A stretch of DNA of 64,000 nt, from the NCBI GenBank assembly GCA_017440145.1, contig JAFSHU010000036.1, positions 14,387 to 78,386 on the forward strand, given 5' to 3'. The stretch's first letter is position 1. Each line of letters opens with the position of its first letter. The translations under genes and the position numbers were made by a program. The notes beneath the pieces were generated by a model. That model was not told the origin of the DNA, did no database searches, and saw nothing but the letters and a program-made list of their open reading frames with translations. Origin of the DNA: Bacillota bacterium (GTDB lineage: Bacteria; Bacillota; Dehalobacteriia; UBA4068). Below are positions 50,574-60,256 of this stretch, piece by piece.

Positions 50574-50778
50574 GCTTCCGGCATTGCCGGGAGCAGCTGT
50601 GATACACAGGGAGAAGCTGCAGAGCAAGCTGTGCCTTTTGCTTTCGAAGGGGATTCGCTTGACAAGAAAAGCCGGGGGACATATACTTATCCTGATATCC
50701 CAATGGGAATTCTCGTCTCCGGTATTCCCTGGGCATTTGCCCAATCCACTTTGTTTCATATGCGAAAAAGAGGTGCTT

Positions 50779-51213
50779 ATGAACATTTCAACTAAGGGAC
50801 GCTATGGGCTGCGGGCTGTGTTGGATCTGGCGGTCAATGCCACAGAGCGCCCGGTCTCTTTGTCTTCCATTGCTGCACGGCAGCAGATTTCAGAGGGCTA
50901 TTTGGAGCAGCTCATGGCTTCCATGAAAAGGGCTGGGATCGTGACCAGCAGCCGGGGTGCCCAGGGCGGCTATTCTTTGGCTCGCGCCCCGCACGATATC
51001 CGCGTTGGGGAGGTCTTTCGTGCTTTGGAGGGGCCTCTGGCTTTGGCTTCCTGCATCAGTGAGGCGAATACGGATAATTGCTCCCGCGTGGATGTTTGCG
51101 GCAGCGCCTTTATCTGGAAAGAAGTACAGGATGCCATCAGCGCAGTTCTGGATAAATACTCCATCGGCGATCTTCTGGATAAGGAGATGGGCCCCTGCGG
51201 TGGGGAGCAATAG
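50779..51213 (+). CDS. Rrf2 family transcriptional regulator with three-Cys cluster ligands (IscR/NsrR-like)
   Basis: MNISTKGRYGLRAVLDLA wHTH; C-terminal cysteines in LASCISEANTDNCSRVDVCGS; RBS AAAGAGGTG. The track ORF is extended upstream. Confidence 0.8.
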   Translation: MNISTKGRYGLRAVLDLAVNATERPVSLSSIAARQQISEGYLEQLMASMKRAGIVTSSRGAQGGYSLARAPHDIRVGEVFRALEGPLALASCISEANTDNCSRVDVCGSAFIWKEVQDAISAVLDKYSIGDLLDKEMGPCGGEQ

Positions 51214-51310
51214 GCATTTGCAGCAGGAAACGAAAATTTCTTGAAAGATTGCGTTCACCAATGAAAGAAGAGCAGCATTGTCTGCTTTATGGCAGCTTTT
51301 TTCGTTATGA

Positions 51311-51340
51311 AAATCCACCCGATCCGGGTGGGTTTTTTCT
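51311..51340 (+). terminator. rho-independent terminator after the Rrf2 gene
   Basis: CCACCCG-ATC-CGGGTGG followed by GTTTTTTCTTTT. Confidence 0.55.
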
Positions 51341-51386
51341 TTTCCCGCATATATATAAAAGCAACATGAAAAAGGGGGAAAGAAAA

Positions 51387-51794
51387 ATGGCGATGATAAA
51401 TGAGCAGACAATCCTGAGCCTGGGCAGAGCCCTGCAGGTGCAGAAACGCGCTGTGCGGGCATATGAGATCATTGCGAATGCCGCACCCGCGGCAAAGGAA
51501 AGGGAGCTGCTGTTGGGGATCCGTCGGGAGGAACGGCGACACTATTATCTTCTGGAGGGGATTTATGAAGATATGGCAGGGCAGGCATTTTCATCGTCTC
51601 GCGTAGCCTTATCCCTGCCGCGGAACTATCACGATATGCTGAAAACCTCTCTTTGCGACAAATTGGCGGGTATCGATTTTTATGAGCAGCTGCGGGAGGA
51701 GATCGGCTGCGTAAAGAATCAGGTTTTGATGGATCTGATTCTTCGTGAGCAAAAAGAGCATGCCCGTATCCTGGCGGCGCTTTATGACCAGTAA
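51387..51794 (+). CDS. ferritin-like diiron-domain hypothetical protein
   Basis: 135 aa from the ATG after AAGGGGGA; two E-x-x-H motifs (EERRHYY, EQKEHAR) spaced as in four-helix-bundle diiron proteins. Confidence 0.5.
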   Translation: MAMINEQTILSLGRALQVQKRAVRAYEIIANAAPAAKERELLLGIRREERRHYYLLEGIYEDMAGQAFSSSRVALSLPRNYHDMLKTSLCDKLAGIDFYEQLREEIGCVKNQVLMDLILREQKEHARILAALYDQ

Positions 51795-51919
51795 TCTGGC
51801 GGCACTTCTTGCTATTTTACCCAGAACCAGGTATAATACCATCAGTTGCTGAGATGATGGCTTAACCATTACTGATTGGAAATCTAACATCGCTATCTGG
51901 CGTTTGAACGGAGGCTTTT

Positions 51920-52702
51920 ATGCTTTTAGCAGTGGATTGCGGAAATACTCACATTGTGCTGGGTCTTTTTCAGGGAGAACAGCTGACCCGCAGCTGGCGT
52001 ATTTCCACAGAAGGAAATAAAACAGAGGATGAATACCTGGCTCTTTTACAAACTTTGCTTTCTCAGGATGGCTTATCCATTGATCAGATCGAAGGCATGA
52101 TCGTGGGATCGGTGGTTCCCCGGGTAACCGTTGCGTTTGGCAAGATGGCAAAGAAGCACCTTCGCTGCCCTTCTTATTTTGTAGATCATACTACGGATAC
52201 AGGAATCAAGGTTCTGATGGATAACCCCAAAGAGGTGGGCGCGGATCGCATTTTGAATGCCCTGGCTGCCTATCATAAATATGGCGGATCCTTGATCATC
52301 GTGGATTTTGGCACCGCCACCACCTTTGATTGTGTCTCCGCAGCAGGGGAGTACCTGGGCGGGGCGATCTGCCCGGGTATCGAGATCTCTCAGCAGGCCT
52401 TGTTCGCCCATGCCGCAAAATTGGCAAATATTGATCTTTATCAGCCGCCTGCTGTGATCGGGAAAAATTCAGCGGACAGCATGCGATCCGGCATCCTTTG
52501 GGGCTATGGCGGTCAGGTGGATAGCTTATCCCGGCGAATGAAGCAGGAGATGCAGGGCCCTGTACGTGTCATCGGCACCGGCGGCCTGGCTTCGTTTATC
52601 TATAATTTTACGGAAGAAATGGATCTGGTGGATCCCGGGCTGACCCTGGACGGTCTGCGCTTGGTTTGGGATCGGTATAAAGACGTGCTCAAGGGAAAAT
52701 AA
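51920..52702 (+). CDS. coaX: type III pantothenate kinase
   Basis: MLLAVDCGNTHIVLGLF N-terminus, ASKHA fold. Confidence 0.9.
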   Translation: MLLAVDCGNTHIVLGLFQGEQLTRSWRISTEGNKTEDEYLALLQTLLSQDGLSIDQIEGMIVGSVVPRVTVAFGKMAKKHLRCPSYFVDHTTDTGIKVLMDNPKEVGADRILNALAAYHKYGGSLIIVDFGTATTFDCVSAAGEYLGGAICPGIEISQQALFAHAAKLANIDLYQPPAVIGKNSADSMRSGILWGYGGQVDSLSRRMKQEMQGPVRVIGTGGLASFIYNFTEEMDLVDPGLTLDGLRLVWDRYKDVLKGK

Positions 52703-52721
52703 AGAAGGGGAGGGACAGCCC

Positions 52722-54266
52722 ATGCTGGCAAAAGTGAACAGCTGCGCCTTATCTGGTTTAAATGGATATCGCCTCACTGTAGAGGCAGATGTGGGCCTGG
52801 GGCTGTCCGCCTTTGATATTGTCGGCCTGCCCGATGCCTCTGTGCGTGAAAGCAGAGAGCGCGTGCGGGCAGCGGTAAAGAATTCGGATTATGACTTTCC
52901 TCTGCGCCGGATCACCGTGAATCTGGCGCCTGCAGACATAAAGAAAATTGGGCCTTCCCTGGATTTGCCCATTGCCGTGGCCCTGTTGGCGGCCACAGAG
53001 CAGCTGCCTGCCAGTGAATTGCTGGAACAAGCGGCCTTGATCGGTGAATTGTCGCTGGATGGGCATGTGCGCCCGGTCAGCGGTGTTTTGTCCATTGCCT
53101 CAGCTTTGCTTGAGGCAGGCATCCGCACCTTGCTGGTGCCGCAGGAAAATGCACAGGAAGCCGGCATTGTGCAGGGCATGAATGTTTATGGCGTATCCTC
53201 CCTGCGGGAGGCCGTGGAGCTGCTCAGCGGGGAAAGTACGCTTCTGCCGGTTCAGGTGGATGTGGCTGCTTTGTTTCGCAGCCGCGGGGCAGTGAATGGA
53301 CCGGATATGTCCGACGTAAAAGGGCAGCCGGTGGTGAAGCGGGCTCTGGAAATTGCGGCTGCCGGCGGGCATAATATTCTGATGGTAGGGTCCCCCGGCA
53401 GCGGTAAAACCATGCTGGCGAAACGACTGCCCAGCATTCTGCCGGAGCTGACTGTGGAGGAGAGCCTTTTGGTCACACAGCTCTTCAGCATCAGCGGCCT
53501 TTTGCCCCCGGGACAGGCTTTGCTTACCCAGCGCCCATTCCGGGCGCCCCATCATACGGCTTCTGCTGTCAGCATCATTGGCGGCGGTGCTGTTCCCCGT
53601 CCGGGGGAAATCTCCCTGTCTACGCATGGCGTTCTTTTCCTGGACGAGCTGCCGGAATTCCAAAGGGATGTTCTGGAGGCTTTGCGGCAGCCCCTGGAGG
53701 AGCAGCATGTTTCGATCACCAGAGCCAATGCCCGGGTGGATTATCCGGCTGATTTTCAGCTGGTGGCGGCCATGAACCCCTGTCCCTGCGGTTATTACGG
53801 CGATGCATTGAAGGCCTGCACCTGCAGACCTTATCACCGGCAGCAGTATTTGCGAAAAATATCCGGCCCCTTGATGGACCGAATTGATTTGCATGTTCAG
53901 GTTCCCCGGGTGGAATACGATGACCTTTCTCTGCAGGCGAATCGGGCCCCGGAAGAAAGCTCTGCTGTCATCCGTCAGCGGGTGCTGGAGGCCAGAGAAC
54001 GGCAGGCTCGCCGTTTTGCGGAGGCGGATTGCAATTTAAACGCCCGCATGAGCCGAAGAGATCTGGAGCATTATTGCTGTTTGAGCGCGGAGGCAGAGAC
54101 CCTTTTGGGACAGGCATTTCGCAGCCTGGGGATGAGCGGCCGTGCCCATGATCGTATTTTGAAAGTGGCCCGCACCATTGCGGATCTGGATCATAGTGAT
54201 ACCATTGGCCCGATGCATATTGCAGAGGCGATTCAATACCGGAACCTGGATAAAGAGGAGAGCTGA
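52722..54266 (+). CDS. comM: YifB/ComM family Mg-chelatase-like AAA+ ATPase
   Basis: N-terminal Lon-like domain (GLPDASVRESRERV), Walker A GSPGSGKTMLAKR, 514 aa. Confidence 0.9.
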   Translation: MLAKVNSCALSGLNGYRLTVEADVGLGLSAFDIVGLPDASVRESRERVRAAVKNSDYDFPLRRITVNLAPADIKKIGPSLDLPIAVALLAATEQLPASELLEQAALIGELSLDGHVRPVSGVLSIASALLEAGIRTLLVPQENAQEAGIVQGMNVYGVSSLREAVELLSGESTLLPVQVDVAALFRSRGAVNGPDMSDVKGQPVVKRALEIAAAGGHNILMVGSPGSGKTMLAKRLPSILPELTVEESLLVTQLFSISGLLPPGQALLTQRPFRAPHHTASAVSIIGGGAVPRPGEISLSTHGVLFLDELPEFQRDVLEALRQPLEEQHVSITRANARVDYPADFQLVAAMNPCPCGYYGDALKACTCRPYHRQQYLRKISGPLMDRIDLHVQVPRVEYDDLSLQANRAPEESSAVIRQRVLEARERQARRFAEADCNLNARMSRRDLEHYCCLSAEAETLLGQAFRSLGMSGRAHDRILKVARTIADLDHSDTIGPMHIAEAIQYRNLDKEES

Positions 54267-55267
54267 TGGATTTTTCTTATCGTGTAATCGCCGCACCGCT
54301 GGCGGGGATCAGTGTGCGTGCGTATCGGGAGATATGCCGGGCCCAGGGTGCAGATTTGTCCTATGGGGAGATGATCAGCGCCAGAGCCATCGGCTATGGG
54401 AACAAAAAGACTCTGGAGCTTTTGGATATAGAAGGAGAGGAATCTCCCCGCATGGTGCAGCTCAGCGGTTCGGATGTGGAATTCATCCGGCAGGCTGCGC
54501 ATCTGGCGGTCTCTCTGGGAGCGGAGCTGCTGGATTTGAATATGGGCTGCCCGGTTCCCAAGGTTGTGCGGAATCAGGAGGGCAGCTATCTGATGCAGAC
54601 GCCGGATTTGGCTGCGAAATTGATTCGCGCCGCCCGGGAGGCCGGTGTTCCGGTTTCTGTAAAGTTTCGCACCGGCTGGGATGATTCGCATTTGAATGCA
54701 GTGGACTTTGCCTTGATGGCTGAGGAGAACGGAGCGGCTTTTGTTGCGGTGCATGGCCGGACAAGGATGCAGTTTTACAGCGGGAAAGCGGATTGGTCCA
54801 TGATTCGCAGAGTCAAAGAAGCACTTTCCATTCCCGTGGTAGGAAACGGGGATATTTTTAGTGCTGCGGATGCCCTTGCCATGCAGGAAGAAACCGGCTG
54901 TGATGCGGTGATGATCGGTCGCGGGATGCTGGGGAATCCCTGGCTTTTCAGAGAAGTTCAGGCTGCTCTGAAGGGGGAGCCGATTCCGGAGCGCCCCAGC
55001 CCGAAAGAGATCGTGGATCAGGCCATGGCGCATCTGGAGCGGCACATTGAGCGAAATATTTACTGGCTGCAGCAGCGGGAAGGCGTAAGCCCGGAAAGCA
55101 GACGCCTGGGAGAAGATTTGGCTGTTCGCGCAATGCGTGGCCACCTGGGCTGGTATACAAAGGGACTGCGTAATTCGGCACAGCTGCGCATGCATATCAA
55201 TCAGCTGACTACAGCCGCGGAGATCCGAAGGCTTTTTGATGAATATATCTCCACTCTTCCCGAGTGA
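54266..55267 (+). CDS. dusB: tRNA-dihydrouridine synthase
   Basis: MQLSGSD...LDLNMGCPVPKV...AVHGRT Dus signature, 333 aa. Confidence 0.9.
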   Translation: MDFSYRVIAAPLAGISVRAYREICRAQGADLSYGEMISARAIGYGNKKTLELLDIEGEESPRMVQLSGSDVEFIRQAAHLAVSLGAELLDLNMGCPVPKVVRNQEGSYLMQTPDLAAKLIRAAREAGVPVSVKFRTGWDDSHLNAVDFALMAEENGAAFVAVHGRTRMQFYSGKADWSMIRRVKEALSIPVVGNGDIFSAADALAMQEETGCDAVMIGRGMLGNPWLFREVQAALKGEPIPERPSPKEIVDQAMAHLERHIERNIYWLQQREGVSPESRRLGEDLAVRAMRGHLGWYTKGLRNSAQLRMHINQLTTAAEIRRLFDEYISTLPE

Positions 55268-55372
55268 GATGCGGGATATCTTTTATTTTAGGATTGACAA
55301 GTATACCTGAACAGGATAAACTAAATTGGTTGTAGTGCATATCGTATATAAATCGAAAGGTGGTCGATCAGC

Positions 55373-55849
55373 ATGGCAGAACAAGAAGTTTTAATGACAG
55401 TGGAAGGCCTGCAAGCCATGGAGCAGGACCTGGAACATTTAAAAACGGTCCGTCGTAAAGAGGTGGCGGCCCGTATTAAACAGGCCATCGAATTCGGTGA
55501 TATTTCCGAGAACTCGGAATATGAAGATGCAAAAAATGAACAGGCTTTCATTGAAGGGCAGATCCTGAACTTTGAAAAAATGCTCAAAAATGCTCGTGTC
55601 ATCGAAGCTTCTGATGTCAATGTGGACGTGGTCTCGGAGTATTCCAATGTTACTTTAATCAATTTGGAGACGGGTGAACCCTTATCTTTCCAGATCGTTG
55701 GCTCCGTAGAAGCAAAGCCTTTTGAGTATAAAATCTCCAATGAGAGCCCGGTTGGCAAAGCGCTTTTGGGCCATAAAGTTGGTCAGGAAGTGGATGTGCA
55801 GGCCCCGGCCGGCCTTATTCGTTATCGCATCGTCAGCATTCAAAAATAA
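55373..55849 (+). CDS. greA: transcription elongation factor GreA
   Basis: coiled-coil N-domain with acidic tip (ISENSEYEDAKNEQ) and FKBP-like C-domain. Confidence 0.95.
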   Translation: MAEQEVLMTVEGLQAMEQDLEHLKTVRRKEVAARIKQAIEFGDISENSEYEDAKNEQAFIEGQILNFEKMLKNARVIEASDVNVDVVSEYSNVTLINLETGEPLSFQIVGSVEAKPFEYKISNESPVGKALLGHKVGQEVDVQAPAGLIRYRIVSIQK

Positions 55850-55887
55850 CAGAAAAGCAGCTGCACTGCACAATTCCTTAAAAAGTA

Positions 55888-55922
55888 AGAGACCAGAGGA
55901 AATTCCCTCTGGTCTCTTTTTG
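55888..55922 (+). terminator. rho-independent terminator after greA
   Basis: AGAGACCAGAGG...CCTCTGGTCTCT stem followed by TTTTTG. Confidence 0.75.
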
Positions 55923-56159
55923 TGGATCTCAATAATGGTTCCCGGATTTTTCTGCTTGGTAAACAAAAATATGACTTTAGCTTATCCGGGAAGCTGCTGC
56001 TGATGCCTTTCGCAATCGCCTCTGAGATGGTCGGGATTATTGCACATACCTGGGTGAGCTGAAGAGAAGAAAATATTTACAGCTTCATGCATAGTCTGGC
56101 TTTTGCCGGACATACTTTTTGCAGGCGGTTTATTATGCTTTTGGCTGGAGTGCTTTCAT

Positions 56160-56651
56160 ATGCTGTGGGTTCTAACCTTTGTTTTTCTTTTGGCTGCGAT
56201 TTTATATAACCCAATCTATATTGAGTTGTTCTATTCCGGGCAGCGGCTATCCTTAAACTGGCTCCCGCGCGTGTTCTGCGGGGCAGCCCGCCCCTTTCGT
56301 TTGCCATGGCCAAAAGCGCGGCACAAAGCAGATCGGGAGATCAAGCACAAAGCGCCTCTCTTTCCCCGGGCTTATTTGAGCCATCTGCTGAGAGCGCATA
56401 TTGGCGCTCTTGTTCTGGAACATCTTTCCGCCAGGGGGCTTTTAAAGCATTCTCCCGCAGCGGCAGCCTTATCCTATGGGTTGGTCCAATCCGGTATTGG
56501 GATCTGGAAACCAAGTCACTTTTTATTCTGGTCGGAAATTGATTTGCAGCCTTTTGCAGAAGAGAATTTGGAAGCAAAAGCAAGAATTGTCCTCAGTCTC
56601 AAAATCAGTCATTTGATTCGGCGGAGCATGAAATGGAGGTTTGGTATATGA
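56160..56651 (+). CDS. DUF2953 (YtfI-like) sporulation membrane protein
   Basis: Hydrophobic N-terminus; ATGA overlap with downstream ytfJ, the same pairing as B. subtilis ytfI-ytfJ; start uncertain. Confidence 0.55.
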   Translation: MLWVLTFVFLLAAILYNPIYIELFYSGQRLSLNWLPRVFCGAARPFRLPWPKARHKADREIKHKAPLFPRAYLSHLLRAHIGALVLEHLSARGLLKHSPAAAALSYGLVQSGIGIWKPSHFLFWSEIDLQPFAEENLEAKARIVLSLKISHLIRRSMKWRFGI

Positions 56652-57085
56652 GCACAGAGCATGAAATTGAAGGCTTGATGTCCACGACCATGCGCAGTCT
56701 GCGGGAAATGGTGGATGTTAATACCATCGTGGGGGATATCATTGAAAGCAGCAGCGGTGTCGCTGTCATCCCCGTATCGAAAGTCAGCTGCGGCTTTGTT
56801 GCAGGCGGCGGAAATACGGGCCTGAAAGATCGGGACAGGCATTTCAGCAGCCGGGAACGGGAGGCCACGGAACTGCCCTTTGCCGGGGGAAGTGGTGCGG
56901 GGATCAATATTAACCCTGTTGCCTTTTTGGTGATGTGCGGTGACAATGTTCGTTTGATTCCGGTTACCGGGGCAACCAATTTGGATAAAGCCATTGAGGC
57001 TGTTCCGATCGTAACGGATCAGCTGCAGAATCTTTTCCGGCGCAGAGAAAAGGATTGCGAGATGCAGATCCCTGCGGATCACTAG
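56648..57085 (+). CDS. ytfJ: GerW/YtfJ family sporulation protein
   Basis: VIPVSKVSCGFVAGGGNTG...AGGSGAGININPVAFLV signature; RBS GGAGG. Confidence 0.8.
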   Translation: MSTEHEIEGLMSTTMRSLREMVDVNTIVGDIIESSSGVAVIPVSKVSCGFVAGGGNTGLKDRDRHFSSREREATELPFAGGSGAGININPVAFLVMCGDNVRLIPVTGATNLDKAIEAVPIVTDQLQNLFRRREKDCEMQIPADH

Positions 57086-57111
57086 GGCATGGCACAGAGC
57101 TTGAGAAACAG

Positions 57112-57144
57112 AGACAGCGCGAAAGCTTCGCGCTGTCTTTTTTG
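57112..57144 (+). terminator. rho-independent terminator after ytfJ
   Basis: AGACAGCGCGAA-AGC-TTCGCGCTGTCT followed by TTTTTT. Confidence 0.75.
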
Positions 57145-57235
57145 AGCTGGAGAGAGCTTGTTTTTGGGAAAAAGAAAAAGCCCCTGCAAAGATGGGCTTT
57201 TCGAGAGAATATGAGACGAGTAGGGAATAGAGCGG

Positions 57236-57463
57236 CTAAACACTTTCGATGGATACGGGGATCGGCAGGCAGTGCAAAATCGCCATCAAATCCTTTTTGG
57301 CATTTTCTGCGACACGCAGTGCCAGACGGCCGATTCCCGGGTCAATGGAAGTGACCATTGCCAGATTGTCATAGCCTTCCAAAAGCTTGTTGAAAAGATC
57401 AATATCACGGGGCTCCACGGAAAGCAGGATCGTGGAGCCGTTGTTTCCTGCTGTTTTTTGCAT
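57236..57463 (-). CDS. small conserved hypothetical protein (DUF4911-like, 75 aa)
   Basis: Start MQKTAGNNGSTILLSVEPRDIDLFNKLLEGYDNLAMV with RBS AAAGGAG; minus-strand terminator at about 57160-57200. The track ORF is extended upstream. Confidence 0.5.
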   Translation of the reverse strand: MQKTAGNNGSTILLSVEPRDIDLFNKLLEGYDNLAMVTSIDPGIGRLALRVAENAKKDLMAILHCLPIPVSIESV

Positions 57464-57738
57464 TTTTACTCCTTTAAAAAACTCATAGGGCAGAAGGGAC
57501 CGGCCTGCACAACGGCAGTTGTCCAGGCTGCCGTTGGGTCTACCCAAATCTTTTCCAGACCGTTCCATGTTAAAGCTCGTGGGGGACCCTTCTGCCATCA
57601 GTATTATTTCGCCTGTGCAGAGAAAAATCCTTTTTTTCTGGCAGATTTTCTATCAGACACTTTTGTGAGAGCCGTAAGTTTCCGGAGAAAGAGCCAGGAT
57701 AAGCTTTGTGTATTGTGTGCAGAAAGCAGAAAAAGAAA

Positions 57739-57775
57739 GCAGAGCACGGGATTCCGGCTCTGCTTTGGTGTTTTC
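57739..57775. terminator. bidirectional terminator between the TipAS-like and DUF4911-like genes
   Basis: GCAGAGC...GCTCTGC stem with T-rich flanks on both strands. Confidence 0.55.
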
Positions 57776-57777
57776 TG

Positions 57778-58119
57778 CTATTCTGTTTCTTTTTGCTGCT
57801 TATAATAGGCCAGCATTGCCTGAGAGAGATAGGCCGCCAGCCCTTCGCCGTAACGATCACATTCTTTTTGATTATGTGGATCCACGGCCAGAGCTGTACC
57901 CATGGCAAAAATCTGTATGGGGGTGCTGGTAAACAGATAGATGTCAATATATTCGCGGCGATAACGCTCCATCAGTGCCTGGGTATCAGGATCTTCCGGG
58001 CTGAGACCGGCCTGCTGGTTCTGGCGGAAAAGCTGCAGAAGCATACCGCGGGTTGCATTGGCCGTTTTCGCCTCGTCATCTGTGAATTTCAATCGGATTT
58101 TCTGTTCGCCCTGGGCCAT
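57778..58119 (-). CDS. stand-alone TipAS-like (antibiotic-recognition / MerR effector-type) domain protein
   Basis: 113 aa from MAQGEQ (RBS GGAGGG); ...EDPDTQALMERYRREYIDIY...DRYGEGLAAYLSQAML parallels the TipAS C-terminal domain; no MerR DNA-binding domain. Confidence 0.55.
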   Translation of the reverse strand: MAQGEQKIRLKFTDDEAKTANATRGMLLQLFRQNQQAGLSPEDPDTQALMERYRREYIDIYLFTSTPIQIFAMGTALAVDPHNQKECDRYGEGLAAYLSQAMLAYYKQQKETE

Positions 58120-58132
58120 AATTCCCTCCGGA

Positions 58133-59227
58133 TCAGACATTAAAGCGGAAATTGATGATATCACCATCTGCAACAATGTATTCCTTACCTTCCAAGCGGA
58201 AGCAGCCTTTGTCTCTGGCTGCTGCTATGGAACCACATTGCTGCAAATCAGCAAAAGCTACAGTCTCGGCACGAATAAAACCACGTTCGATATCGGAGTG
58301 GATCTTGCCTGCGGCTTTTCTGGCGTTCAGCCCTTTTTTGATCGTCCAGGCGCGCACCTCATCCTCACCGGCAGTCAGGAAGGAGATCAGGCCCAGCTGC
58401 GTATAAACTGCTTTCGCCATGCGGTTGATGCCGCTTTCTGTGATGCCCAGCTCTTCCATGAAGAGCTCCCGATCCTCAGCAGGCAGCTGCTCGATCTCTT
58501 CTTCTGTTTTTGCGCAAACAGTCAAAAGCTCATAGCCCTGCTCAGCGCAATACGCTTCTACCTGTTCTTTCCCGGGATAATCGTTGCCGGCCAGCTGCTT
58601 TTCATCCACATTGACTACGATCATCATCGGTTTATTGGTCAGGAAGGTGATGTGCTTCAAGGCCTCCTGCTCTTCTTCGGAAAGCTCCAGCTGGCGCAGG
58701 GGCTTTTCTTCCATCAGCAGATCCTGGCATTTTTTGAGCGTGGGTTCCTCCAGGGGGTGTTCCACCTTTTTCCTGGGGCCGCCGCTGATGCGGGAAAGAC
58801 GAGTCTCGATCAGCTGCAGATCCGCAAAAAGCAGCTCCATTTCGATCGTAGCAATATCCCGCATGATGTTAATGCTGTCATCTACATGCAGCACATCCGC
58901 ATTTTCAAAGGCGCGGACGATGTGCGCCAGCAGATCCGCATCCCGCACGGAGGAAAGGAATTCATTGCCGCTGCCCTGGCCTTTGGATGCACCTCTGACC
59001 AAGCCGGGGATGTCAATGATCTCCACTTGGGCATAGGTTGTTTTTTTCGGCTTGAACATCTCAGTCAGGTAGATTAGTCTTTCATCCGGAACCGTTGCAT
59101 GTCCCGTATTTGTTGCTGTTTTGCCGGAGAAAAAGGCACTGGTTTCTACACCCAGTCCGGTCAAGAGATTAAAAAAAGTGGTTTTGCCTACCATAGGCAG
59201 GCCGATGATCCCACAGGAAAGTGCCAT
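58133..59227 (-). CDS. ychF: redox-regulated ribosome-binding ATPase YchF
   Basis: GIIGLPMVGKTTFFNLLTG G1 motif, TGS C-terminal domain, 364 aa. Confidence 0.95.
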   Translation of the reverse strand: MALSCGIIGLPMVGKTTFFNLLTGLGVETSAFFSGKTATNTGHATVPDERLIYLTEMFKPKKTTYAQVEIIDIPGLVRGASKGQGSGNEFLSSVRDADLLAHIVRAFENADVLHVDDSINIMRDIATIEMELLFADLQLIETRLSRISGGPRKKVEHPLEEPTLKKCQDLLMEEKPLRQLELSEEEQEALKHITFLTNKPMMIVVNVDEKQLAGNDYPGKEQVEAYCAEQGYELLTVCAKTEEEIEQLPAEDRELFMEELGITESGINRMAKAVYTQLGLISFLTAGEDEVRAWTIKKGLNARKAAGKIHSDIERGFIRAETVAFADLQQCGSIAAARDKGCFRLEGKEYIVADGDIINFRFNV

Positions 59228-59393
59228 GGTGATAACCTCCTCAATATTAGACTTTTATATTATAATGCCAAAAGGGGAAACAGGCAAGGGCATCGTATAC
59301 TATTAAATACAGTAATTTTTCAGAAATGCTCCTTTGGAAAGCGAGCAGGGCAGAATTTCATAAAAACTTGTGAAAGAAAAGAGGAAGTCTTAG

Positions 59394-60146
59394 ATGAAAT
59401 ACATGGATATAGATCAGATTTTAGAGGCTGTCTCCAGGCAGGAACTGACGGCTGCAGAGGCCAAGGCTCTTCTTTCCCCGAAGGGCTTCGCAGAAATGAA
59501 TTTTGCTTGTGTGGATACAGACCGGGAGCGCCGCTGCGGATGGCCGGAGGTGATTTACGGGGCGGGAAAGACCGCGGAGCAGATCATTGCGATATTGGAA
59601 CGGCTGCGTTTATCCACGAAAAAAAATATTATGGCTACCCGCTGCGATGCGGAAAAGGCAGCCGCAGTTCTGGAAAAATGCCCCGGAACGGAGTATGACC
59701 CCGTTTCCAGGATCGTTTATTTGCGGCAGAATACAGAAGCGGCTGTTGGCTGCGTGGCGGTGCTTTGCGCCGGCACCTCAGATCTCCCTGTTGCTGAGGA
59801 GGCTGCTTTGACAGCAGAATTGATGGGGGCCGCTGTGGAACGCGCCTATGATGTTGGGGTTGCCGGTTTGCATCGGCTTTTGGCCCGGCAGGAGCTTTTG
59901 TCCCGGGCAAAGGTTGTTGTCGTTGCTGCAGGAATGGAAGGTGCACTTCCCTCTGTTGTGGGCGGCTTGACGGCAGCACCTTTGATCGCAGTTCCCACTT
60001 CCATTGGCTATGGGGCATCCTTTCAGGGCTTGTCCGCCTTATTGGCAATGCTGAACAGCTGTGCATCCGGCATGTCGGTTGTTAATATTGACAATGGCTT
60101 CGGCGCGGGGTATCTGGCCGCTGTGATCAATGCTCAAAGCAAATAA
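59394..60146 (+). CDS. larB: nickel-pincer cofactor biosynthesis protein LarB-like (PurE-family carboxylase/hydrolase)
   Basis: 250 aa; PurE-like C-terminal half with AAGMEGALPSVVGGL; no larA, larC or larE in the window. Confidence 0.75.
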   Translation: MKYMDIDQILEAVSRQELTAAEAKALLSPKGFAEMNFACVDTDRERRCGWPEVIYGAGKTAEQIIAILERLRLSTKKNIMATRCDAEKAAAVLEKCPGTEYDPVSRIVYLRQNTEAAVGCVAVLCAGTSDLPVAEEAALTAELMGAAVERAYDVGVAGLHRLLARQELLSRAKVVVVAAGMEGALPSVVGGLTAAPLIAVPTSIGYGASFQGLSALLAMLNSCASGMSVVNIDNGFGAGYLAAVINAQSK

Positions 60147-60256
60147 TCAGCACTTATTCACGTTGTTTCTGCAGCTTACAGTTGAATCATGGGTGGATAA
60201 CATGTTATAATTATTTAGTTAATTTTCTGCGTGAAAATAAAATATGGAGTGATACT

